Positions 15,479-26,616 of a stretch of DNA of 64,000 bases are shown one piece after another. Source of the DNA: Isosphaerales bacterium (GTDB lineage: Bacteria; Planctomycetota; Planctomycetia; Isosphaerales; Isosphaeraceae); contig JBIOJM010000008.1 of assembly GCA_044450785.1 (NCBI GenBank), forward strand, positions 979 to 64,978, written 5' to 3'. Under the pieces are notes generated by a model. That model worked only from the letters and a program-made list of their open reading frames with translations. It did not search any database and had not been told where the DNA came from. Made by a program: the position numbers and the translations under genes. Position 1 is the first letter of the stretch; the number at the start of each line of letters is the position of its first letter.

Positions 15479-16360
15479 ATGAAGGAGATGAGCATCATCC
15501 AGGTCCGCGAATACCTCGACTTGGTCAAGTTCAGCCACACGTTGTTTGCCCTGCCGTTCGCCGTTCTGGGAGCGGCCCTGGCGGCACATGATCGGGACGG
15601 CTGGCACGGCCGTGTCCAGGACTGGGCCGGCATCTTGCTCTGCATGGCGACGGCGCGGTCGGCCGCGATGGCCTTCAACCGTTTGGCCGATCGGCACTAC
15701 GATGGGCTCAATCCGCGCACGGCGAGCCGGCACCTGCCGGCGGGCCGCCTCAGCGTGCTCACCGTCGCAGTCTTCACCCTGGTCTGCGGCTCGGCCTTTA
15801 TCGCGTCGACGCTCCTGTTCCTGCCGAACCGCTGGCCGTTGTATCTGTCCGCTCCGGTGCTCTTGTGGCTTCTGGGCTATTCCTACAGCAAGCGGTTCAC
15901 CAGCCTGGCGCATTTCTGGCTGGGCCTCTCGCTGAGCCTGGCGCCGATCGCGGCCTGGATCGCGCTGCGAGGCGACCTGGAGTGGCCCCCGGTCCTTCTC
16001 GGGCTGGCCGTGCTGTTCTGGGTGGCGGGGTTCGATATCATTTACGCTTGCCAGGACGTGGAGTTCGACCGCTCCGCCGGGCTCCGCAGCGTCCCGAAGG
16101 CGCTGGGCGTACGACGCGCTCTCTGGATCGCGGCCGCCTGCCACGCCTTGATGATCGTGCCCCTGATAGGACTGGGCTTGGTCTACCCGCTGGGGTCGAT
16201 CTACTTCCTGGGCGTCGCGGCGGTGGCCGTCTTGTTGATCTACGAGCACGCGTTGGTCCGTCCCGATGATTTGACTCGGGTCAATGTCGCCTTCTTTCAG
16301 GTTAATGTGGTGATCAGTCTGGGACTGCTGGTCGTCGCTGTGGTCGACCTCTTGGTTTGA
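15479..16360 (+). CDS. UbiA-family aromatic prenyltransferase (probable menaquinone MqnP-type)
   Basis: YLDLVKFSHTLFALPFAVLGAALA...AMAFNRLADRHYDGLNPRTASRHLPAG. Multiple TM segments. Confidence 0.85.
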   Translation: MKEMSIIQVREYLDLVKFSHTLFALPFAVLGAALAAHDRDGWHGRVQDWAGILLCMATARSAAMAFNRLADRHYDGLNPRTASRHLPAGRLSVLTVAVFTLVCGSAFIASTLLFLPNRWPLYLSAPVLLWLLGYSYSKRFTSLAHFWLGLSLSLAPIAAWIALRGDLEWPPVLLGLAVLFWVAGFDIIYACQDVEFDRSAGLRSVPKALGVRRALWIAAACHALMIVPLIGLGLVYPLGSIYFLGVAAVAVLLIYEHALVRPDDLTRVNVAFFQVNVVISLGLLVVAVVDLLV

Positions 16361-16420
16361 GCCAGGAGGATCCAATCTCCATCCCTCAGCTCGTCGAGCC
16401 CTGAGATCTGGGAGGCACCC

Positions 16421-17137
16421 GTGGCGGCCCGATTTCCGACGACTCACTGGAGCCGTGTAGGTGCCGCCGGCAACCCGGCCGACCCGGCGGCGCGCGGCGC
16501 ACTGGAGGCGCTTTGCCGCGATTACTGGTTCCCTCTCTACGCCTTCGCCCGCCGCCGCGGCCACTCGCCCCACGAGGCCGAGGACATCGTCCAGGGCTTC
16601 CTCGCTGACCTGCTCGAGCGGGGCGACCTGGCGAGCCTCGATCGATCGAAAGGGCGGTTCCGCTCCTTCCTCCGTGCCGCCTGCGAGCACTACGTGGCTA
16701 ACCGCCGCGACCACGAGCGGGCTGCCAGGCGTGGTGGAGGTGCCACAATCGTGTCAATTGATCGAATCGACGCGGAGGGCCGCTACGGTCGCGAGCTGGC
16801 CCACGAGCTCACGGCCGAGCGGCTGTTCGAGCGCCAGTGGGCGCTGATGTTGCTGGAGCGCGTGCTGCGCCGGCTCGAAGCCGAGGCGGCCCAGGCCGGA
16901 AAGGCCAAGTTATTCGCTCGCCTCCGCCCGGCATTGCAGGGGGACGGCCTGGCGCCGTCCCATGCCGCCATCGGCGGCGAATTGGGAATGAGCGAGGGAG
17001 CGGTGCGGGTCGCCGCTCATCGGCTGCGGGCTCGCTACCGGGAGCTGCTCCGCGAGGAGGTCGGCCGCACGACGGGCGACCCGGCCGACGTCGATCAGGA
17101 GCTCGCCGACCTGCTGGCCGCGCTGGCCGGGGACTGA
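16421..17137 (+). CDS. ECF-type RNA polymerase sigma factor
   Basis: FPTTHWSRV...YWFPLYAFARRRGHSPHEAEDIVQGF (region 2) and GMSEGAVRVAAHRLRARYRELL (region 4). GTG start per the track. Confidence 0.8.
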   Translation: MAARFPTTHWSRVGAAGNPADPAARGALEALCRDYWFPLYAFARRRGHSPHEAEDIVQGFLADLLERGDLASLDRSKGRFRSFLRAACEHYVANRRDHERAARRGGGATIVSIDRIDAEGRYGRELAHELTAERLFERQWALMLLERVLRRLEAEAAQAGKAKLFARLRPALQGDGLAPSHAAIGGELGMSEGAVRVAAHRLRARYRELLREEVGRTTGDPADVDQELADLLAALAGD

Positions 17138-17156
17138 TATTCTGCTGTGGGACAAC

Positions 17157-17246
17157 TGTAGGGTGGGTCGAACGTCGTGTCCCACGACGTGAGGCCCACC
17201 GATCGCCTGTGCCGGTGGGCCTCGCTGCACTCGACGCCACCCTACG
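17157..17246. repeat. REP-like structured palindromic element (outer stem plus two inner hairpins)
   Basis: GTAGGGTGG (17158-66) pairs with CCACCCTAC (17237-45). Inner hairpins are CGTCGTGtccCACGACG (17173-89) and GGCCCACCG-n11-CGGTGGGCC (17193-17221). Confidence 0.6.
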
Positions 17247-17384
17247 AATTCCTGTAACACCTGCAGGGTTTTTCTTCTCCTCATGGATAGAGGGAGACGT
17301 ATCACCCTGGGGTGATGAAAACTTGGGGTTGCATGGCTTTGGGGTTCATCCGGTTTCTATTGATGAAGGCGTCAAGTGTTCGGT

Positions 17385-17536
17385 GCGGGTCTCACGACCC
17401 CGCCGGAATGCCTGACCGAAGGTCTCCCGCGCGCATCATGGGCCCTGGCTTCAAAGGCATTTGCGCTCGCAGAGCACACTCCGAAGGAAGGAGACCTTCG
17501 GTCGGTCGCTCGGGCGGGGTCTGGAGACACGCGCCC
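17385..17536. repeat. long imperfect inverted repeat (MITE/REP-like)
   Basis: Left arm gggtctcacgaccccgcc..tgaccgaaggtctcc; right arm ggagaccttcggtcgg..ggcggggtctggagac. The arms are ~45 nt and separated by ~60 nt. The element generates spurious overlapping ORFs on both strands. Confidence 0.6.
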
Positions 17537-17649
17537 AACAAAGGCTTCCTCGAAGCGCAACAAGAGTTGAGGATGGCCAAGGACTCTCAGGAGCCGGTCA
17601 AGGCCGACTTTTCATCAGCCCAGTACCACCCCCTTCGGGAGGATCATAC

Positions 17650-21360
<3,711 letters not shown>

Positions 21361-21361
21361 G

Positions 21362-21700
21362 ATGGGACGGAAGAAGGCGACCTGGATGGTGTCGCTCAAG
21401 GAATCCGTGATCGAGGATCTCCGCTGGTTCGGCAAAAAGAACGGGCGAGTGCTGCTCGACGAGTCTGAACGCGAATTGGCCGCGGATCCTCTGGCTGCGA
21501 CGCCGAATATGAAAACGCTGCGTCCCAACCCTGTCGCTCATCGTGAGCTTCGACTATTCGGCAAGTACCGTGTTCTCTTCAACGTCGATGAGGGAGCACG
21601 GCGGGCTACGATCGTCTTGGTCGGCGAGAAACACGGCGAAACGCTGATCGTTCGAGGAGAGGAGTTCACCGCACACCATGAAAGTGATCCCGCTGAGTGA
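21362..21700 (+). CDS. RelE/ParE-superfamily toxin
   Basis: ...LRLFGKYRVLFNVDEGARRATIVLVGEKHGETLIVRGEEF is typical of RelE-like toxins. The gene starts 1 nt after the kinase stop. Confidence 0.65.
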   Translation: MGRKKATWMVSLKESVIEDLRWFGKKNGRVLLDESERELAADPLAATPNMKTLRPNPVAHRELRLFGKYRVLFNVDEGARRATIVLVGEKHGETLIVRGEEFTAHHESDPAE

Positions 21701-21917
21701 AGCCAAGGCGAACCTGAGTCGATACGGCCGCCTGTGCCAGGAAGAGCCAGTGATCGTCACGGTCAACGGCGTCCCCTCCTTCCAGTTATCTCCCTTGAAG
21801 GAAGACGACGACCTGATCGACCGACTGCTAGCGGAGAACCCCAAGTTCGGTCAAATCCTGGAGCAACGCTCTCGGGAGCGGACCGTCTCCCTGGATGAGG
21901 CGCGAAAGCGCTTGTAA
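21678..21917 (+). CDS. Phd/YefM-family antitoxin
   Basis: MKVIPLSEAKANLSRYGRLCQEEPVIVTVNGVPSFQLSPL. 23-nt overlap with the toxin gene. Confidence 0.75.
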   Translation: MKVIPLSEAKANLSRYGRLCQEEPVIVTVNGVPSFQLSPLKEDDDLIDRLLAENPKFGQILEQRSRERTVSLDEARKRL

Positions 21918-21997
21918 TGGGTCATCGAGGGAACCAACTGTTACCTCCTCGTAAGCGAAGCCGACGACACGGAAGCTTGGAAAGAGTAGGTACATGA

Positions 21998-22204
21998 CCC
22001 CCGCGCTTCTCAAGAGGGCTGCGATATCCTAAAATCAAGAGGTCGTCGAATTCCAGATACTTTTGGCTCGAAGCGAACGACCGAGGCACGGGATGCCGGC
22101 TCGACAAAGAGCCGATCGGTCAGTTGGTCTTGAGGCGAGCGCATTTGCGGCTCATTGTCTTCGACCCGGAAAAGGGAGTCATCGTTCAATGGATACCGGA
22201 ATAG
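21998..22204 (+). pseudogene. xisH: xisH remnant (5'-truncated, no start codon)
   Basis: Open frame ...RYFWLEANDRGTGCRLDKEPIGQLVLRRAHLRLIVFDPEKGVIVQWIPE*. The C-terminus resembles the conserved XisH tail (KLIVYDP..EVIV.W) and overlaps the xisI ATG by 16 nt, as intact xisHI pairs do. Confidence 0.45.
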
Positions 22205-22524
22205 AGTCCAATCGCACCATTATCGAGCGGATACTCACAGAGTATTCGAAATACCCATACTCCTACGGTGAAATCGACCGTCAACTGGTCTTCGACCGGG
22301 AACGCGACCATTATCTCCTGCTGAGCGTCGGCTGGGACAAGCACCGCGTCCACGGCTGCGTGATCCATATCGACCTCATCGACGGGAAATGCTGGATCCA
22401 GCGAGATGGAACCGAGACTGGAGTCGCGTACGATCTGGAAGCCGCCGGGATATCCAAGGATCGGATCGTCTTGGCGTTCAAGTCACCGAAGGTTCGACCC
22501 CACACCGGCTACGCCGTGGCGTAG
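22189..22524 (+). CDS. xisI: XisI family protein
   Basis: DRERDHYLLLSVGWDKHRVHGCVIHIDLIDGKCWIQRDGTETGVAYDLEAAGISKDRIVLAFKSPKVRPHTGYAV. Confidence 0.8.
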   Translation: MDTGIESNRTIIERILTEYSKYPYSYGEIDRQLVFDRERDHYLLLSVGWDKHRVHGCVIHIDLIDGKCWIQRDGTETGVAYDLEAAGISKDRIVLAFKSPKVRPHTGYAVA

Positions 22525-22657
22525 AGCGAATGGCAATGGCCTGGCGTTCGCTCTTTCGGGACAGTGACCTGTAACGGACGCGGGGTAGGATGGCCGTGGA
22601 CCGTCGCCTGTGCTAGGATTATGTTCAGGTTCCTTCCAGTCGCCGGAGGCCTCAGTC

Positions 22658-23452
22658 GTGCAGAGCCCGTTTCCCGGGATGGACCCCTATCTCGAGCAGT
22701 TCTGGGGCGATGTTCATCACACCATGATCAATCGCTCACGCGCCGCGATCCAGAAGCAGTTGCCCGGCGACCTGGTCGCGCGGGTCGATGAACGAGTTTT
22801 CGTCGAGCCGTCGGAGGGACTTCCCCGGAACATCATTCCCGATGTCAGAGTCGTCGAGCGCGGTCGGCGCGAGGAGCCCGTGCTCCGGGCGAGCAATGGT
22901 GTCGCCGTGGCCGAGCCGCTGGTCGTCCACATCGAGCGGGACGAGCCGGTGCGGCAGGGCTTCATCGAGATCATCGACCTCAAGTCGGGCCGGCGCGTCG
23001 TCACTGTGATCGAGATCATCAGCCCTTCGAACAAGGTCCCCGGTCCCGGGCGCGACCTGTACCTTAAGAAGCAGGAAGAGCTCCGGCAAGGCGGCGTCAG
23101 CCTGGTCGAGATCAACTTGAACCGGACGGGCAGCCACGTCTTGATGGTACCGTTTGGCCGTATACCCGAAGGCCAGCCCACACCCTACGCCGCTTGCATA
23201 CGCCGGGGTTGGAAGCCTCTGGAAATCGAGTATTATCGTATCCCCCTGCGTGAGCGGCTGCCCGCGATCGCCATCCCCCTTCGGCGCCAGGATCGAGACG
23301 TTCCGCTCGACCTCCAGGCCCTACTCAATGAGTGCTGCGAGGAAGGGCGTTACGTCGAAGACATCGACTACCGCGAAGACCCCGACCCGCCGCTGAAACC
23401 CGACGACGCCCATTGGGCCGACTCGTTGCTGCGCGAGCAGGGCCGTAGGTAG
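22658..23452 (+). CDS. DUF4058-family protein (second paralog)
   Basis: GTG 22658 is preceded by GGAGG. (M)QSPFPGMDPYLEQ and VIEIISPSNK. By eye, roughly one third identical to 12192..13025. Confidence 0.75.
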   Translation: MQSPFPGMDPYLEQFWGDVHHTMINRSRAAIQKQLPGDLVARVDERVFVEPSEGLPRNIIPDVRVVERGRREEPVLRASNGVAVAEPLVVHIERDEPVRQGFIEIIDLKSGRRVVTVIEIISPSNKVPGPGRDLYLKKQEELRQGGVSLVEINLNRTGSHVLMVPFGRIPEGQPTPYAACIRRGWKPLEIEYYRIPLRERLPAIAIPLRRQDRDVPLDLQALLNECCEEGRYVEDIDYREDPDPPLKPDDAHWADSLLREQGRR

Positions 23453-23605
23453 CGAACGACACGTCTGAGCATCCTGTTCCAACCAGCCCGGGATCGAGTC
23501 CGGTTGATGATCCCTTCAATCCTGACTAAAATCTCTGAAAGAACTCTGAACGAGTGACCGTCTCAGAGCGGGATTGCCTTCCGATCGCGAGAGGACGGGT
23601 GAACG

Positions 23606-24763
23606 ATGCCAAGCGCAGCAGACCGGCTGAATGCGATTCGCGATCAAGTCGAGGCCGGCCAGAGGTTGAGCTTTGAGGATGGTCTGGCGCTCGAGGCGTC
23701 GAACGACCTCTTCGAACTGGGTTCGATGGCTAACCTGGTACGCGAGCGGTATAGCGGTAACTTCGCGTACTTCAACGTCAACACCCACATCAACCCAACC
23801 AACGTCTGCGTTTACACCTGCGACTTCTGCGCGTTTCGGGCTGATATGGGCGAAGATCGCGCCTACGTGATGGACCGTGACCAGGTCGTCGAGCGGGCAC
23901 GGCAGGCCAGCGCGCGCGGCGCCACCGAGATGCACGTGGTGGGCGGGCTGCACAACAAGCTGCCGTTCGAGTTCTACCTCAACGTGGTGCGCTGGATCAG
24001 GGAGACAGCGCCCGAAATCCACATCAAGGCCTACACCGCCGTCGAGATCGAGTGGTTCTGCAAGATCACACGGAAGTCGGTCGAAGCTGTGCTCCGGGAG
24101 CTGATCGATGCCGGATTGGGGAGTTTGCCTGGCGGCGGCGCCGAGATCTTCCATCCCGAAGTCCGCGAGCAGATCTGCGGCGCCAAGGCATCGACCGAGA
24201 GCTGGCTCGACATCCACCGAACTGCCCACCGCCTCGGCCTGCATTCCAACGCCACCATGCTCTACGGCCACATCGACGGGCCCAAGCATCGGATCGACCA
24301 CCTGGTCCGGCTCCGCGAGCTGCAGGATGAGACCGGCGGGTTCCAGACCTTCATCCCGCTGGCGTTCCATCCCGATAACTCGCAAATGGCCGACATCCCC
24401 AAGCCGTCGGGCGTGATGGACCTCAAGGTCATGGCCATCAGCCGGTTGATGCTCGACAATTTCCCACACATCAAAGCCTACTGGGTCATGCTCGGGCTCA
24501 AGACGGCACAGATTGCGCTCTCGTTCGGCGCGGACGATCTCGACGGGACCGTCGTCCATGAAAAGATCTACCACGAGGCGGGCGCGGAGACGCCCCAGGA
24601 AGCGACCGTCGCCGAGATCCGCCGCCTGATCATGGAGGCAGGGCGCATTCCCATCGAGCGCGATACGCTGTATCATCGCGTCGAGCGCGACAGCGGATCA
24701 TGGACGACGCGCGAACACATCGACGTGCCCGCCCTGGCGGTCTTGGGCGCGGGCAGAAACTGA
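23606..24763 (+). CDS. mqnE: radical-SAM menaquinone enzyme of the futalosine pathway, probably aminofutalosine synthase MqnE (MqnC not excluded)
   Basis: HINPTNVCVYTCDFCAF is a CxxxCxxC cluster. Also HVVGGLH, GSLPGGGAEIF, GFQTFIPLAFHP and GADDLDGTVVHEKIYHEAGA. Confidence 0.75.
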   Translation: MPSAADRLNAIRDQVEAGQRLSFEDGLALEASNDLFELGSMANLVRERYSGNFAYFNVNTHINPTNVCVYTCDFCAFRADMGEDRAYVMDRDQVVERARQASARGATEMHVVGGLHNKLPFEFYLNVVRWIRETAPEIHIKAYTAVEIEWFCKITRKSVEAVLRELIDAGLGSLPGGGAEIFHPEVREQICGAKASTESWLDIHRTAHRLGLHSNATMLYGHIDGPKHRIDHLVRLRELQDETGGFQTFIPLAFHPDNSQMADIPKPSGVMDLKVMAISRLMLDNFPHIKAYWVMLGLKTAQIALSFGADDLDGTVVHEKIYHEAGAETPQEATVAEIRRLIMEAGRIPIERDTLYHRVERDSGSWTTREHIDVPALAVLGAGRN

Positions 24764-24800
24764 TTCTCTCCGGGTCTCCTCCCCTCAAGGAGGCTATGTC

Positions 24801-25646
24801 ATGTCAGTCGCCTCGTCCCGGCCGGTTGAAACCAGACCCAAGCCGCCGTTCTACGGTCCCGACCATCGCTATCTGCCGCCGGCCGAGAACGGTGTCGCGC
24901 TGCCCCTCCATCTACCCAGCCATTTGGAACTGCCCGAGGAGAACGGCGAGATCGTGGAAAACTTCCGCGAAACACCCCAGAACGTCCTCCTGGACCAAAG
25001 CATCTGGCCGATCCTGGAGCGGATCCACCCCGACCGCCATTTCGCCCTCGGCCATGATTGTGGGATTTACTGGCGGCTCACCGACCCTCTCGAGAGAGGC
25101 GCGATTTGCCCCGACTGGTTCTACGTGCCCGGTGTTCCCCCCGATCTCGATGGGCACTATCGTCGCTCCTACGTTCTCTGGAAGGAGCATGTTCCGCCCT
25201 CGGTCATGATCGAATATTCCTCGGAAGATGGCAGCAAGGAGCGCGATCGAACGCCCTACGAGGGAAAATTCTGGATCTACGAGCAGGCGGTCCGCGGCGA
25301 GTACTACGCCATTTTTGTGGTCGAGACGGGAGAGCTGGAAGTCCATCGCCTTGAAGGAACCACGTACAGGCGACTTCAACCGAACGAACGCGGGCATTAC
25401 CCGATCGGGCGGCTTGGGGTCGAGCTGGGCGTCTGGAATGGAACCTTCTACAACGAGACGGCACCCTGGCTTCGCTGGTACGACACCCAAGGGATTCTCC
25501 TCCCCACCGGCGACGAACGCGCCGAGGAGCAGCGACTCCGAGCCGAGGAGCAGCGACTCCGAGCCGACCAGCTTGCCGCCAAGCTCCGTGAGCTGGGTAT
25601 CGACCCGGCGGATGTCGGTTCCGACACCGCATCGGGCTCGGCGTAA
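24801..25646 (+). CDS. Uma2-family (DUF820) endonuclease-fold protein with coiled-coil tail
   Basis: CPDWFYVPGVPPDLDGHYRRSYVLWKEHVPPSVMIEYSSEDGSKERD...KFWIYEQAVRGEYYAIF, with the tail ERAEEQRLRAEEQRLRADQLAAKLRELG. Confidence 0.75.
   Translation: MSVASSRPVETRPKPPFYGPDHRYLPPAENGVALPLHLPSHLELPEENGEIVENFRETPQNVLLDQSIWPILERIHPDRHFALGHDCGIYWRLTDPLERGAICPDWFYVPGVPPDLDGHYRRSYVLWKEHVPPSVMIEYSSEDGSKERDRTPYEGKFWIYEQAVRGEYYAIFVVETGELEVHRLEGTTYRRLQPNERGHYPIGRLGVELGVWNGTFYNETAPWLRWYDTQGILLPTGDERAEEQRLRAEEQRLRADQLAAKLRELGIDPADVGSDTASGSA
25521..25562 (+). repeat. perfect 21-bp tandem duplication inside the Uma2 gene
   Basis: gccgaggagcagcgactccga occurs twice (25521-41 and 25542-62), encoding RAEEQRL twice. 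Confidence 0.9.
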
Positions 25647-25821
25647 ACCGGTTAGTTGCTTGATTGCATATTGAAGTAACGCGTTCGGCTTGACCGTTTC
25701 ACCGCCTGGGTCTATGATCCGCCCCAACCTAATCGGCTGAAGGGGTCGATGCGGTCTGCGCATGTTGCTTGATGACCTTTTCGCACCCCGTCCCAGCCTG
25801 GCTCAAGGAGGAGCTAGGGCG

Positions 25822-26559
25822 ATGCGAGACCACAACAAGGCGTTTTGCAGCCTGGTGGCCGAGACGTTCGACTGCCCTGACCCGATCTTCGAGTTCGGCT
25901 CGTTCCAGGTCGAGGGCCAGGAGGGCTACGCCAACCTTCGCGAATTGTTCCCCAGAAGAAAATACGTCGGCTGCGACATGCGGCTAGGCCCGGGCGTCGA
26001 TCGGGTTGAAGACGTCTCGGCGATCAGCTTGCCCGACGAATCGGCCGGCACGGTGCTGTGCATCGAAACGTTCGAACACGTCTTCGAGGTTCGCAGAGCG
26101 TTTAATGAGGTCTTTCGGCTCCTCAGACCCGGCGGCATCTTCGTCATCACGTCGCCGCTGAATTTCCGCATCCACGGCTACCCGGACGACTACTGGCGGA
26201 TGACGCCCAATTGCCTGCGCAGGCTGCTGTCCCCTTACTCGGCGCGCGTGGCGGGCCATCAGGGTCATCATGCGTTCCCACACACCGTCATGGGGCTCGG
26301 TTTCAAGGCCCCGGTCCCGGTCGACTGTCCATCGCGGGTTGAGCGGTTCGTGGCAGCGTATCATGCCTGGCTGAAGCAAACCGAGACGAATCTGCCCTTC
26401 GGTGAGAAGGTCCGTCGAAGGGTCTCACAGTTCTATCGCTCCAAGGGCGAGCGGCGCCAGATCGCAGAATACTATTCGGCGGATTTCACCATCGACTTCG
26501 ATGCGGCGCCGTCGGCCCGGGTGCGAAATTCCCCTAGTCACACGATGGCAACCTGCTGA
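25822..26559 (+). CDS. class I SAM-dependent methyltransferase
   Basis: AAGGAGGAG lies upstream of ATG 25822. VGCDMRLGPGVD...VLCIETFEHVFEVRRAFNEVFRLLRPGGIFVITSP. Confidence 0.75.
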   Translation: MRDHNKAFCSLVAETFDCPDPIFEFGSFQVEGQEGYANLRELFPRRKYVGCDMRLGPGVDRVEDVSAISLPDESAGTVLCIETFEHVFEVRRAFNEVFRLLRPGGIFVITSPLNFRIHGYPDDYWRMTPNCLRRLLSPYSARVAGHQGHHAFPHTVMGLGFKAPVPVDCPSRVERFVAAYHAWLKQTETNLPFGEKVRRRVSQFYRSKGERRQIAEYYSADFTIDFDAAPSARVRNSPSHTMATC

Positions 26560-26616
26560 GTTCGATTCCGTGGGGAGCCAGGTGGCGCGTCGTCGTTGCT
26601 GATGAGGAACGATCCC

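Noticed and set aside
13860-16714. Minus-strand ORFs 13860..15098 (412 aa) and 15374..16714 (446 aa).
   Set aside because: They are antisense to ubiX, the SDR and the ubiA-family gene, all of which have strong motifs. The products are Arg/Pro/Gly-rich with no domains.
17461-17649. Upstream extension of the kinase ORF (track start 17461).
   Set aside because: The extension lies inside the inverted-repeat element and has no kinase-family features. ATG 17650 has a GGGAGG ribosome-binding site and begins with the conserved zinc ribbon.
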